From IMG/VR virus record IMGVR_UViG_3300043419_000898, positions 18,498-82,497 of that record: a DNA stretch of 64,000 bases, one strand, 5' to 3'. The notes beneath the pieces were generated by a model. That model ran no database searches. It was given only the letters and a program-made list of their open reading frames with translations, and was not told where the DNA came from. A program made the translations under genes and the position numbers. Of this stretch, positions 28,908-38,497 are shown one piece after another. Within the stretch, counting starts at the first letter, position 1; each line of letters starts with the position of its first letter. Source of the DNA: a virus.

Positions 28908-28978
28908 CACGTGCGTACGGAAAATTACACTTGACATGTTGGCAATGATGGTTGTAACATGACGACCTGAGGTGAAAC

Positions 28979-29425
28979 ATGAATGTTGTTTGTTTAGTGG
29001 GTCGTGTCGTCGCTGACCCTGAAGTAAAAACACTATCGTCGGGTTCTATCGTCGCCAGCATGCGTATTGCTGTTGACCGTCCGGTCGCAAAAGATGCAGA
29101 AGTGACCGCTGACTTTATCAGCCTGAGTGCTTTTGGTAAGACTGCCGAGTTTGCGTCTAAGTACATCACGAAGGGTCAGAAGATTTCCGTTCAAGGTCGT
29201 CTTCAAATCCGTGACTACACGGACAAGGACGGCAACAAGCGAACTGCAGCTGAAGTGCTGGTTAATGACCTCCGTGGCGTAGACCGACCCTCTGGAGGCG
29301 GAAATGCACAAGGTGGCGTAAACTACCAGCCAAATGGAAATCGGTTCCAGAATAAGGCACAGAACGCCACACAGCGGGTTTCCCGCCCATTTGATGAACC
29401 TATCACTGACCCATTTGCGGAGTAG
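28979..29425 (+). CDS. ssb: Single-stranded DNA-binding protein
   Basis: MN.V.LVGR...DPE, FGK.AE....Y..KG..I.V.GRLQ.R.Y.DKDG; acidic DPF tail. Confidence 0.95.
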   Translation: MNVVCLVGRVVADPEVKTLSSGSIVASMRIAVDRPVAKDAEVTADFISLSAFGKTAEFASKYITKGQKISVQGRLQIRDYTDKDGNKRTAAEVLVNDLRGVDRPSGGGNAQGGVNYQPNGNRFQNKAQNATQRVSRPFDEPITDPFAE

Positions 29426-29431
29426 TTATAG

Positions 29432-29698
29432 ATGAATCCATTTCGAAAGATGTATATGGATGCGGCACGTGCTAAGGGAGCGTCACACAGTGACGTTCTC
29501 TTTGTGCTTCAACGGTCAGGATATGACTCTATGACCTATCACGCATTTATGATGAGACTGAACCGGGGTACGATTGACCAGCAATTTGTCAACACATTAG
29601 CCCTGATTGTTGATGTTGATGCTGCTCAACTTTACACAGAAGCGTCAACAAGATACGAGTTTTACAAGAGCCGATATGCCAATAGCGATAATCCTTAA
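29432..29698 (+). CDS. Hypothetical protein (possible HTH)
   Basis: GGAG RBS; follows ssb. Confidence 0.5.
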   Translation: MNPFRKMYMDAARAKGASHSDVLFVLQRSGYDSMTYHAFMMRLNRGTIDQQFVNTLALIVDVDAAQLYTEASTRYEFYKSRYANSDNP

Positions 29699-30641
29699 TA
29701 ACCAATCCGTAGGTAAGAACTGCCCTGAGATAGCAGCAGTACGCAGTGGAAACGTAGAGCAAAACGTCATAGGTGAAGCGTGGGTTATAAAGCCCGAAAA
29801 CATCACTTCTGTATGGCGTCCTGAGTGTGAAGTATGGGAAGTAGCCATACAAGGCGAAGGCACATATGCTGGCTCACACAAGGTCAAGTATCTACGTCAG
29901 GCAAGTGACATTCAACTGAATCAGTTAGGTGTCTACACTGCTGGCGTGACAGGTTCTGACTACGGAGGAACCAAAGTTGTCAAAGATACAGGCTACGTAG
30001 TAGGTGCAAGCCCTGCGATAAACATAAGTGCTGAGAATGCTGCAATCAGATGCGACAGTGGAAGTTCTGGGACTATCACTGCATATAAGTCAAAGATACA
30101 CATTGACGAAAACACAAACATCATCCTTCATGCAACTGACTGCACAATTACCGCTTCTAGTGGAACTATATTTGCGGAAAACTCTAAAGTCACTGCTACA
30201 GGTCAAACAATCGTCAATTGCGTGAACTGTACTGTAGAAGCACATGACTCAGTGGCTGTAAAGTCATCTGGTTCTAAGTTGCAGGTTGACGGCAATGTTT
30301 TTGTTAATCCAAATTCATGCGTTGTTGTAGCCAAGTGTCAAAGCATTATTAGTTGCAATGATAACAAGGTAAAAGTCACTGCATCTGAAAGTGTTATCTG
30401 TATTGTGAACGACATCGAGCAAGCACACGCCACAGGCTCTATGGCTGAGTCATTTGCGAAGCAGAAGTTCATCTTGAGTGATAACGCCATAGTTGTATCA
30501 AGGACGCTAGGTGACTACGTGTGGACGCCTACAGGCAAGTACTACGCATCTGCAATCAAGGGTGCACCACAAGACTTACCTAAATCAACTGGACGCCCAA
30601 GAAAACAACCAAGACCTGAAGATGAGGTTGCACTAGACTAA
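29676..30641 (+). CDS. Beta-solenoid repeat protein with AT-hook-like tail
   Basis: Short S/T/V/A/C repeats (AENSKVTA, CVNCTVEA); TGRPRK near C-terminus. Confidence 0.55.
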   Translation: MPIAIILNNQSVGKNCPEIAAVRSGNVEQNVIGEAWVIKPENITSVWRPECEVWEVAIQGEGTYAGSHKVKYLRQASDIQLNQLGVYTAGVTGSDYGGTKVVKDTGYVVGASPAINISAENAAIRCDSGSSGTITAYKSKIHIDENTNIILHATDCTITASSGTIFAENSKVTATGQTIVNCVNCTVEAHDSVAVKSSGSKLQVDGNVFVNPNSCVVVAKCQSIISCNDNKVKVTASESVICIVNDIEQAHATGSMAESFAKQKFILSDNAIVVSRTLGDYVWTPTGKYYASAIKGAPQDLPKSTGRPRKQPRPEDEVALD

Positions 30642-31084
30642 TGGCTTCCAGACAACCACGCAAAGCAGTTTATGTTGCAGTGTTCTTAGACGGCTCAGAG
30701 CCAAACAAAGTCTATACACGGTTTGAAAATGCCAACCGTACTCACTATGGCAATGACAATGTAGAAATCTATCGTCACAAAGTATTAGAAGATGGGGATT
30801 ATACTTGTGTGCCAAATGAAGACAGTTCGAAGCAGGCAAAGCGATACGTTAGCGAAGATGTAAAGCAACGCCAATCTGAATACATGAAGGAGCACTATAG
30901 ACGATATGTCTACTTAGCCTTCAATGAAGCAACAGGCGAGTATCGTGACTTTACACGCAAGCAAAACTGCATCATATTCTGTAGTTCAAACTCTGAGTAC
31001 ATTCCGTATCTGATGCTAAGAACAGATTGGGATGAACATGGTCAGTTGTTCGATGAAACAATAATCGATATGAGCCAGACATAA
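30641..31084 (+). CDS. Hypothetical protein
   Basis: TAATG-coupled; terminator follows. Confidence 0.6.
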   Translation: MASRQPRKAVYVAVFLDGSEPNKVYTRFENANRTHYGNDNVEIYRHKVLEDGDYTCVPNEDSSKQAKRYVSEDVKQRQSEYMKEHYRRYVYLAFNEATGEYRDFTRKQNCIIFCSSNSEYIPYLMLRTDWDEHGQLFDETIIDMSQT

Positions 31085-31098
31085 TGTCTGGCTCTTTT
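31072..31098 (+). terminator. Intrinsic terminator
   Basis: GAGCCAGACA-TAA-TGTCTGGCTC-TTTT. Confidence 0.7.
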
Positions 31099-31134
31099 GT
31101 TTGCATACCTCACTGATATACTTGACCCATTGAC

Positions 31135-31707
31135 ATGAACTTACCAGATAAAAAATACGACGTTGTCTTGATGGACCCACCTTGGTACTACGGTAACAAG
31201 ACTGGTATGGCTGCGGCTGAAAAGCATTACCGAACCATGAAGGATGACGACCTAATGGCTCTTGATGTCCCATCGTTACTAAAGCCTACGTCAGTAGTTT
31301 TCTGTTGGGCTACGGGTCCACGCCTTGACTTTGCTATGCAACTCATGGCTCACTGGAATCTGCATTATCGCTGCATGGCTTTTGTATGGGTAAAGACTAC
31401 GAAAGCGGGTGTGCCGTACGGAGCTAGGGGCATACGACCAACAATAGTAAAACCAACAACTGAGTTCGTGTTGGCATGCTCACCTATGAGGAAAGGACGA
31501 CCTATGCAACCACAAGACCTAACTGTCCCACAAGTCCTTATGGCGTCTCCCATGGAGCACTCACGCAAGCCAGAAGATATCCACGAACGTATTGACCGTT
31601 TGTATCCCGATGCAACAAAGCTGGAGATGTTTGCTAGGCGTCCATATAAGAACTGGGACATATGGGGAAATGAAGTTGGTTATATAAGCGAAGAGGCTCC
31701 TGAATAG
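31135..31707 (+). CDS. MT-A70 family adenine methyltransferase
   Basis: KYDV...DPPW.Y, HY.TM, F.WAT, WVK, EHSRKPE, LEMFAR...WD.WGNE. Confidence 0.92.
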   Translation: MNLPDKKYDVVLMDPPWYYGNKTGMAAAEKHYRTMKDDDLMALDVPSLLKPTSVVFCWATGPRLDFAMQLMAHWNLHYRCMAFVWVKTTKAGVPYGARGIRPTIVKPTTEFVLACSPMRKGRPMQPQDLTVPQVLMASPMEHSRKPEDIHERIDRLYPDATKLEMFARRPYKNWDIWGNEVGYISEEAPE

Positions 31708-31719
31708 GAGCCTCTTTTT
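31691..31719. terminator. Terminator between convergent genes
   Basis: AAGAGGCTCCT-GAAT-AGGAGCCTCTT-TTT. Confidence 0.7.
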
Positions 31720-32122
31720 ACTTACGGATTGGTTTGTTCCAGTCAGGGTCTTCATAGAACATACGACGTCCAACGTAGAAGACTTGACCAATATCTCCTG
31801 CACCTTCGGCTCTCCATGTTCCATCAGGATGCCTGATGATACTTACAATTTCACCTTTGGTGTCACGTACCATCTTGGCAACTCCGCCCTTCATAAGAAC
31901 TTTATCTGACTGGATGGTCAGTTTAGAGAAACCAGTCTTCAAGTTGACTGGATACTTCTTGATTACAGTGTATGGAATAAGGTCAGTATAAAGAACTTCC
32001 GTAACACCTGAAAAACGGTCGGCAGTGAATGGACCAGACTCTTTTACGAGTGCAATATTTCGTGCTGAACCGTAATAATCTTCAGCCCATTCATAAACTG
32101 GTTTGACCTTAGGGATTGTCAT
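31718..32122 (-). CDS. Hypothetical protein
   Basis: ATGA-coupled to exonuclease. Confidence 0.6.
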   Translation of the reverse strand: MTIPKVKPVYEWAEDYYGSARNIALVKESGPFTADRFSGVTEVLYTDLIPYTVIKKYPVNLKTGFSKLTIQSDKVLMKGGVAKMVRDTKGEIVSIIRHPDGTWRAEGAGDIGQVFYVGRRMFYEDPDWNKPIRK

Positions 32123-32766
32123 TCGCTAAAACTCTTTTCAATAACTTCACACCAAGTTCTATCTACTGCATCTGCCAGAGCCTGTTGGGTTTGTTTGTCA
32201 GCGGTTATCTTGACTAAGAATGGACCGCCTCCCCACTCGGCTACAGTAATACTCTTGACTGAAAGTTCCTCTTCAAATTGCTTAGTGCCAACATTGTCGT
32301 GAAAAAGAATGAGGTGCATTTCATCTATTCCCAAGACGAGTAGTTGGTACTGCATTTGATTGTACACAGACTGAGGAATGGACTTACTGTTTTTATAGTC
32401 AGAAACGTATCTAAATCCACATTTACATTCGATGGCATACACTGAGCCATCTTCTGCAATATGCAGTCCATCAAGCGATACACGACGCCAAGGGTGCTCC
32501 ACTGACTGTATGCACTCAGGCTCAAACTTCATCTGCAACTTATCTTCAGCTATGGCACGTGCGTATGGTTCAAGAATATGACCAAGCTGCATAGCCTGTG
32601 TTGATGGACTACTTGCCATGTCAACAGCCTGAAGTTTTTCACTGATGAATCTAGCCTTACTACCGGGCATCAATAGACGCCCGGCTTCAGTGGCAGTTAT
32701 TCCGCCTTTACGCCAGTTCAGCCACTCTTCTGTGCCTTGCTCCATGGCAACTACCGTGAACTTCAT
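32119..32766 (-). CDS. YqaJ/lambda-exonuclease family protein
   Basis: QGT.EW...R..GITATE, G..LEP.AR, SLDG, IECKC, Q.QYQL. Confidence 0.88.
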   Translation of the reverse strand: MKFTVVAMEQGTEEWLNWRKGGITATEAGRLLMPGSKARFISEKLQAVDMASSPSTQAMQLGHILEPYARAIAEDKLQMKFEPECIQSVEHPWRRVSLDGLHIAEDGSVYAIECKCGFRYVSDYKNSKSIPQSVYNQMQYQLLVLGIDEMHLILFHDNVGTKQFEEELSVKSITVAEWGGGPFLVKITADKQTQQALADAVDRTWCEVIEKSFSE

Positions 32767-33173
32767 ACGCCTACTGCTTCCCTTAATTTTGCCATCACTG
32801 ACGTGTTTTCCTGAGGTAGAACCTTGTTCAGTGTGACTATAAGGTCAACAATGTCACCTACTGTCTGGAAAAGACGGTCGTCTATGGAGTCCATATGAAC
32901 GATGCCGTCACGGACGTTTCTTGTTTCATCGTACTGTGCTAGTTCAATGAAACGTGCTCTTTGAGCATTTACGCTGAATCTGATGTTATTTAGGTCTTCT
33001 ACGTAACCACGTAGCATCTGTACATCAGCCGCTGATAGGCTTGTCCGATTCTTGTTTGACTTCTTCAACTTCTTCCCCTTTGAACGTGTGTTTGACGCCA
33101 GCCTTCCACTGCTTGTCAATGCCAGCAACGGCGTCACTGAAGTCCTTCCACGAGTCAAACTTAGCGTCAACAA
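32763..33173 (-). CDS. Hypothetical protein (true start probably downstream)
   Basis: ATGA-coupled to exonuclease. Confidence 0.45.
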   Translation of the reverse strand: MLTLSLTRGRTSVTPLLALTSSGRLASNTRSKGKKLKKSNKNRTSLSAADVQMLRGYVEDLNNIRFSVNAQRARFIELAQYDETRNVRDGIVHMDSIDDRLFQTVGDIVDLIVTLNKVLPQENTSVMAKLREAVGV

Positions 33174-33342
33174 TGAACGTCACGACACGTGTGTCTTCAC
33201 CGTCAATACCGACGCAGTCTACATAGAAGATGACCGACTTTTCCTTGCTGGCTTTTATTCCAGTCAAAGCAAACCAGCCTTCAGTTAAACCCTGCTGCAC
33301 AGCCGCAGTCACGACTTGCTCATGTAATTGCTTGTATGTCAT
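33025..33342 (-). CDS. Hypothetical protein
   Basis: First ORF of the leftward operon. Confidence 0.55.
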   Translation of the reverse strand: MTYKQLHEQVVTAAVQQGLTEGWFALTGIKASKEKSVIFYVDCVGIDGEDTRVVTFIVDAKFDSWKDFSDAVAGIDKQWKAGVKHTFKGEEVEEVKQESDKPISG

Positions 33343-33522
33343 GCATTCATTCTAGAACGCTTCATAACACCGAGCAATGAACACTTTATATTAGATAGTC
33401 TTCAGTTTGTCAATAGTAAAAAACACAAATAAAATAAATAAAAAACAACTTGTACGTTTTGATTTACCGTGGTTATAATGTAACCGACGGAAGTCAAACA
33501 CTAAAAGGAAGGGTAAAAAACA

Positions 33523-33708
33523 TTGGCTAAAGTAAAAACAGCAACAACAGAGACGCTTTCTATCGTCTTGTCTGGTGATGCAGTCGAAGAAGCAGTAGCA
33601 GCCCGTGATACATTGACCAAGAAGCTCGGATTTGTTCCGACTTGGCGTCAGGTTGTTTCACTGACTCTCAATCAGTTCAACAAGATTCAGCGCACAGAAT
33701 CTGAATAA
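33523..33708 (+). CDS. Small hypothetical protein (possible regulator)
   Basis: TATAAT and AGGAAGGG upstream. Confidence 0.55.
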   Translation: MAKVKTATTETLSIVLSGDAVEEAVAARDTLTKKLGFVPTWRQVVSLTLNQFNKIQRTESE

Positions 33709-33721
33709 AGGTAGGCTACTG

Positions 33722-33994
33722 GTGCAAGAACAACCTCAGTTCAGCATATGGCGTGTCATAACAAGGGCATTTGTAGTGGTTATAGGCTTAGTGATGTTGC
33801 CTGTAATCTTAGTGCTCGCATTGATATCAATAACAATGTCTATCTTTGGAGTGGTACTCGCCGAACTAGGTAAGTTGTTATTGGTGCCAACGAACGACAT
33901 GGTGTGTGCCATCTTTGCACCTCATCAAAGTCAGTTGTTCCGTGTGTCTGGTCAAACAGAAATCACAGAACGTACAGACGAAGACCAAGAGTAG
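33722..33994 (+). CDS. Membrane protein
   Basis: Long hydrophobic stretch. Confidence 0.5.
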   Translation: MQEQPQFSIWRVITRAFVVVIGLVMLPVILVLALISITMSIFGVVLAELGKLLLVPTNDMVCAIFAPHQSQLFRVSGQTEITERTDEDQE

Positions 33995-34089
33995 TCAACA
34001 CTAAAGTCGCCCCATACTGCGTGGTTATCGCTACGCTGTGTGGGGCATAGTTGTCTCTAGTGGTCATACAATAATGATGGAGAGCAAGC

Positions 34090-34392
34090 ATGACATTCAC
34101 TGAGATTTCCGATTTTGTCGCCAACGGACGAACTGTATACAGAACGTCTGAGCCTGAGCAGATGTACTTCATCTTTTCTGGTCGTATTGCAAACGTCGTT
34201 ATCTTTACTGCTGATACTGAGTATCTTCCTGAGCCGGGTAACGGATACTGCGTGTATACGCACGATGTAGAAGGAGTTGAGTACAAGATTATTGACGACT
34301 GGGTAATCTCAACTGACATGCTTGGTGCTGATGACTGGGAAGTTGTGCCAGATATGTCCATTGAATGGGGAGATAGAAATTCTGAGCGATGA
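34090..34392 (+). CDS. DUF2829/Tad2-like protein
   Basis: MTF.E....NG..V.R ... W....DMLGADDWEVV. Confidence 0.65.
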   Translation: MTFTEISDFVANGRTVYRTSEPEQMYFIFSGRIANVVIFTADTEYLPEPGNGYCVYTHDVEGVEYKIIDDWVISTDMLGADDWEVVPDMSIEWGDRNSER

Positions 34393-35021
34393 CATTCAAA
34401 GACATATTGCCACACCTTGAGTTAGGCTTATTCTGTCGTCGTAGGTCAGACTTGAATTACTACTACTTTATCTACGACGGAAAGAACTACAACTATCAAG
34501 TGGGGCTTGAGCCTGAAAATGGAAAGCCAGCACTTGGAAACGGATATAGAATTTCATCTAAGCCGGTAGTTGTCAACGGCTATTGTGGGTACACCTTAGA
34601 TGACTGGGAGCCTAACGAGCTCGACATGAGTGTGTCTGACTGGGAGGTTCCAGCGGTTGACCTTTTGCTACCTGAAGTAGTAATGGAGAAACAAGAAGTG
34701 GCACCAGTGGAAATCAAGAGGCTTGACACAAGCAAGCCGATATCAAAGCGACCACCACGGCAAAGAGAGCCAAAGAGCAACATAGACTTTGATGTAGCAC
34801 TTCTTCACCTAAAGAAGGGTGGCATCACTGAAGTGCCAACATACGAGCAAGGCGACATACTCGCTGTTCAGTACCAACTATTCAACAACATTACACTGAT
34901 GACTCGCAAGCGGTTATACGACAAAGTCTATGACGCATGGGTGCCATATCAGTGGCAAGCAAAAGACTTTGCCTGTATTGATTACAGGCTACTGAAAGCA
35001 AAGGATAAGAATGACTCCTAG
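34389..35021 (+). CDS. DUF2829/Tad2-like protein, two tandem domains
   Basis: MTF.D.L..L..G...RR..WEP...DM..SDWEV, then IDFDVAL.HLKKG...W.PY.....DF...DY. Confidence 0.6.
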   Translation: MTFKDILPHLELGLFCRRRSDLNYYYFIYDGKNYNYQVGLEPENGKPALGNGYRISSKPVVVNGYCGYTLDDWEPNELDMSVSDWEVPAVDLLLPEVVMEKQEVAPVEIKRLDTSKPISKRPPRQREPKSNIDFDVALLHLKKGGITEVPTYEQGDILAVQYQLFNNITLMTRKRLYDKVYDAWVPYQWQAKDFACIDYRLLKAKDKNDS

Positions 35022-35259
35022 AAAACGATACATCTACATGCTGAAGGCTGATGGTCAAAACGACAATCGTGTCTTTTACATCACAACAAAAGCAAAGTAT
35101 GTTATCTGTGAGATGCTAAAGAAGGGTGCTACTGAAGTCACCGTACTGCGAGCAGAACACGATGAGTTTAAGGCAAATCCTAACTGCGAAATGGAAGTAG
35201 TCACTGTGTGCGACAAGGTTTGGTGGAACGACTACTTGCAAGGAAAACGTGGATGGTAA
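35011..35259 (+). CDS. Hypothetical protein
   Basis: Coupled ORF in operon. Confidence 0.55.
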   Translation: MTPRKRYIYMLKADGQNDNRVFYITTKAKYVICEMLKKGATEVTVLRAEHDEFKANPNCEMEVVTVCDKVWWNDYLQGKRGW

Positions 35260-35645
35260 TCAACCTTTTGCCGACTGGTCACAAAGAGCAGTTCAGAGAG
35301 TCTTTTGTTTCTGAGGTAATCAGTGCCCTAAGAGAGCCTAATGAGACAACACATGAAGTCTATCTAGGTGACTACTACCTAAAAGTAGATAAGAAGTTCA
35401 TCACTGACATCGACTCAACAGATAAGAACTGGGAGCACGGTGTAATCAACTACGAGTTTGGATACACAGACAACAGCATTGAAGTGAATCCTATCAAGGG
35501 GCGTTTTGTTGGCGTAACTTTAATCTTTGCTGCACATCCGGAAATCATGATTGCTGATAGGTTTGACTACATCTACACACGATTAATCAACAACGTGTTG
35601 ACACAGGCAGAAGCAAAAGAATATTACGACGAACTTGACTACTAG
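35208..35645 (+). CDS. Hypothetical protein
   Basis: ORF in operon; start uncertain. Confidence 0.55.
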   Translation: MRQGLVERLLARKTWMVINLLPTGHKEQFRESFVSEVISALREPNETTHEVYLGDYYLKVDKKFITDIDSTDKNWEHGVINYEFGYTDNSIEVNPIKGRFVGVTLIFAAHPEIMIADRFDYIYTRLINNVLTQAEAKEYYDELDY

Positions 35646-35683
35646 TAGTTGACAAAGTACATGATAAGTGGTAAAACACTTAC

Positions 35684-35953
35684 ATGGAAAACAATAAGAA
35701 TAATGCACCACTTTGGTTTATCGGTGGGCTACTTTTAGGCGGTACTCCGATATTCCCATTTGCGTTCGGTTGCCTTGGATTGGTTTCAGTAATAGTCGTA
35801 TTTTCTATTGGTTCTGTTCTAAGTGCTCTGACTTATGCAGTAGTGCTGCACTGGAAGACGCTTTTGTTGTTTGTGATATTTGGCTCAGTATTCGCACTTC
35901 TCGGATACATGTACATGCTAGAGGAGAAGAAGAAGCGTGAAAATAAGGGCTAA
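35684..35953 (+). CDS. Membrane protein, leaderless
   Basis: Hydrophobic; TTGACA promoter at 35649. Confidence 0.55.
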   Translation: MENNKNNAPLWFIGGLLLGGTPIFPFAFGCLGLVSVIVVFSIGSVLSALTYAVVLHWKTLLLFVIFGSVFALLGYMYMLEEKKKRENKG

Positions 35954-36272
35954 CTATATTGACGTCACATGTGACCAGTATGTTGCTTGCCACATGTTGG
36001 TCATGTTCTACGAAACAAACGTCGTATCAGACTTCATCAAAATCACCGTATCTGACGTGCTTTCAAACGATGTGGGCATGGAACCGTTGGTTATGTATCC
36101 ATCTATTGACGATGAGGCTTGTACGTACAAAGTACGGATGATTCTTCGTGGCGTTGAAGAAATCAAAGTTTATCCATACGACATGCTTCATAAGATGTTG
36201 AATAATCGTCTAATACCTTTTTGGATGACCGAGATTGACAAGTGTGTAGCGTCCATGAAGGGGCTAAACTGA
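35937..36272 (+). CDS. Hypothetical protein
   Basis: GAGGAG RBS, GTG start. Confidence 0.55.
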   Translation: MKIRANYIDVTCDQYVACHMLVMFYETNVVSDFIKITVSDVLSNDVGMEPLVMYPSIDDEACTYKVRMILRGVEEIKVYPYDMLHKMLNNRLIPFWMTEIDKCVASMKGLN

Positions 36273-36514
36273 TGACGCTTGAAGAAGCACTCTTCTGGAT
36301 GCGTGATGGTAAAGCCGTTGTTTCCAAGAAGATGATGATGAAGTTCAAAATGGAGAGACGTCCAGTCAACCTAGGAGGCTCTACAAAGACATACTGGTTC
36401 ATAGAGTTTCAGCACATGAATACTAAGTTTCCAGAAGAATGGATACGGTGGCATAGTGCAAATGATGACTTCTTCGACTTGATAAACGACGATACGTGGG
36501 AGTTAGTACCATGA
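36272..36514 (+). CDS. DUF2829/Tad2-like protein
   Basis: MTLEEAL..M.DGK.V ... DL.NDD.WELV. Confidence 0.6.
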   Translation: MTLEEALFWMRDGKAVVSKKMMMKFKMERRPVNLGGSTKTYWFIEFQHMNTKFPEEWIRWHSANDDFFDLINDDTWELVP

Positions 36515-36702
36515 CAATCAATGATGCACTGCCGTTGCTTGATGAGAGAAAAATCATCTGTACGGCTTCACATCGTTTCAGGAAGAGCCGAATTGGCTAC
36601 GAGTGGACGAACGTAGGTGAGCCAGATATCTGGTGGCCAGTACAAGCAAAACTTGAGTTCATAGACATAACCGATGATTGGGTTTTAGAGGTAACAGAAT
36701 GA
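36511..36702 (+). CDS. DUF2829/Tad2-like protein (divergent)
   Basis: MTI.DAL..L...K ... W.P.....DITDDWVL. Confidence 0.5.
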   Translation: MTINDALPLLDERKIICTASHRFRKSRIGYEWTNVGEPDIWWPVQAKLEFIDITDDWVLEVTE

Positions 36703-36974
36703 CATTTCCAGAAGCACTAGCACACTTACTTGACTACAGAGTAATGCAACGAGTTGATGATGGCCAGACATTCAACTTCTGGTTCAACAAAGATACCGGA
36801 AGCGGCATGTACGAAGAAGATGAGTTTATGTTTGCAAGCATGTGGTTTGTTTCTATTGACGACTTTACTGACGAAAACTGGGAGTTTACAGATAAAGCAA
36901 CAGAAGCACGTATCAAAGAGAAGTATAGTGCGAATCACAAGTATGTAAAAGGCATTGGCTTAGCACGTAAGTAA
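36699..36974 (+). CDS. DUF2829/Tad2-like protein (divergent)
   Basis: MTFPEAL..L.....M.R ... SIDDF..ENWEF. Confidence 0.55.
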   Translation: MTFPEALAHLLDYRVMQRVDDGQTFNFWFNKDTGSGMYEEDEFMFASMWFVSIDDFTDENWEFTDKATEARIKEKYSANHKYVKGIGLARK

Positions 36975-37064
36975 GCCAATTAACGAAATGTAGGCACCAT
37001 GAAAATGGTGTCTTTTTTTATTTGTACTATTTACAATCTGACAACAAGGATGTATAGTGACTAC

Positions 37065-37256
37065 ATGAGATTTGCTGAAGTTATAGATGCTTTGATAAAT
37101 GGGAAGAAGGTTAGACGGGCTTCTTGGCAGCAAGTAGGCGGATGTGTCACGTGTGACTTTACACAGATGACCATCTCCATTGGCGGTGTTGACAGTCCAT
37201 TCAGCCTAAACACAATTTCTTTACTTGCTGATGACTGGGAGGTGCTTGATGACTAG
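37065..37256 (+). CDS. DUF2829/Tad2-like protein
   Basis: MRF.E...AL..GKKVRR.SW ... LLADDWEVL. Confidence 0.75.
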   Translation: MRFAEVIDALINGKKVRRASWQQVGGCVTCDFTQMTISIGGVDSPFSLNTISLLADDWEVLDD

Positions 37257-37593
37257 TCAAGAGTTAGTGGATTGTTTGCTTGATGGCAAAACGTTGACTC
37301 ATTCTTTCTTTGGAAGGAACGGTCGTGTTCACATATTGAACGTAGCAGAAGAGCACGATGCTTACCAACGTCTTGTTGTTGTTTATAGGGATGGAGAGAT
37401 TGGCTGGAATCGACAGACTTATAAAGAGACGCTTGAACGCTCAAAGTTAGAGAACTTCTTAAAGCACATCTACATAGACACACTGAACATATACCGTGAT
37501 AACACGCTTATGATGCCAGAGCAGTATCAACTATTCAAGAAAGCATATAACGAGTCAGATTGGTCAATCTGGGAGCCTACAGATGAAGTTTAG
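37249..37593 (+). CDS. DUF2829/Tad2-like protein with large insertion
   Basis: MT.QE...CLLDGK.L ... SDWSIW. Confidence 0.45.
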   Translation: MTSQELVDCLLDGKTLTHSFFGRNGRVHILNVAEEHDAYQRLVVVYRDGEIGWNRQTYKETLERSKLENFLKHIYIDTLNIYRDNTLMMPEQYQLFKKAYNESDWSIWEPTDEV

Positions 37594-37849
37594 AGCAAAG
37601 CCTTCTGGCTGCAAGTACTTGTCAAAAAGAGACCAAGAAGCAATACGGTTCTGCATGAACTACTTCAGGGAGAATCCAACAGAACTTTCATGCACGTTGT
37701 ACGAAGTGCTTGAAGATGGTACTGAGCAGATAGTCGGAAATATCGCAAACCCTGAGTTTGAAAAACTGGAAGAAGACGTCGTAAGACTCATGTCTATCTA
37801 TACGCACTTCAAGAAAAAGGGTGAGCCTACACCAGAGATGTGGCAATAA
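37583..37849 (+). CDS. Hypothetical protein
   Basis: GGAG RBS, coupled. Confidence 0.55.
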   Translation: MKFRAKPSGCKYLSKRDQEAIRFCMNYFRENPTELSCTLYEVLEDGTEQIVGNIANPEFEKLEEDVVRLMSIYTHFKKKGEPTPEMWQ

Positions 37850-38042
37850 GATGCTTTTCAGCACATTAACAGACTTGCAGAACGTAGTGTTAGGACTACC
37901 TCAGTATGCAACTGAGCCTCCTAAATGGTTTATACATAGGGAGCATTACGCCTTGATTATAAAGTCACAGTACAAGTATGCAAAGGCTATTCGCAAAGCC
38001 AAGGCACGTAAAAAGCGTATCAATTCGAAGTGTGGAAGGTAA
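37821..38042 (+). CDS. Hypothetical basic protein
   Basis: ORF in operon. Confidence 0.45.
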   Translation: MSLHQRCGNKMLFSTLTDLQNVVLGLPQYATEPPKWFIHREHYALIIKSQYKYAKAIRKAKARKKRINSKCGR

Positions 38043-38045
38043 TCA

Positions 38046-38279
38046 ATGACTGGACTTGAAGCACTTGAATTATTGCGGAATAGCGACACTAAAGTCAAAC
38101 GTGCCGAATGGAGAAGTGATGAATACCTAAGAGCATATGGCAACGGTCAGGGTATATGTCCATCATTAGGCTACCACCGTAAACGGGGAGAGGACTGTTA
38201 CTATCCAGAGGATGCTGTTACTTTAACCGATGACATTTTAAACGACTTTACAGCAGACGATTGGGAGGCAGTGGAATGA
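38046..38279 (+). CDS. DUF2829/Tad2-like protein
   Basis: MTG.EALELL.....VKR.EW ... DF.ADDWE.V. Confidence 0.7.
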   Translation: MTGLEALELLRNSDTKVKRAEWRSDEYLRAYGNGQGICPSLGYHRKRGEDCYYPEDAVTLTDDILNDFTADDWEAVE

Positions 38280-38497
38280 CAATACACGAAATAAGCCCAT
38301 CTGTTTCCAAAGGCTTTCCATTTAAACGTGATGTCTGGCCACAAAAGCTTTACTACTACTACGACAGAGATGACCAGTGGTTTATCCAAGTTAACTCAGA
38401 GACTGGATGCGAAATCATCATGTACACACTTGACCTAAATCTTGAAGACTTGATGGCTACTGACTGGAGTGTTGACGAGTGGGAGGTAGAAGAATGA
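38276..38497 (+). CDS. DUF2829/Tad2-like protein
   Basis: MTI.E.....KG...KR..W ... L.LEDLMATDW.V. Confidence 0.7.
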   Translation: MTIHEISPSVSKGFPFKRDVWPQKLYYYYDRDDQWFIQVNSETGCEIIMYTLDLNLEDLMATDWSVDEWEVEE

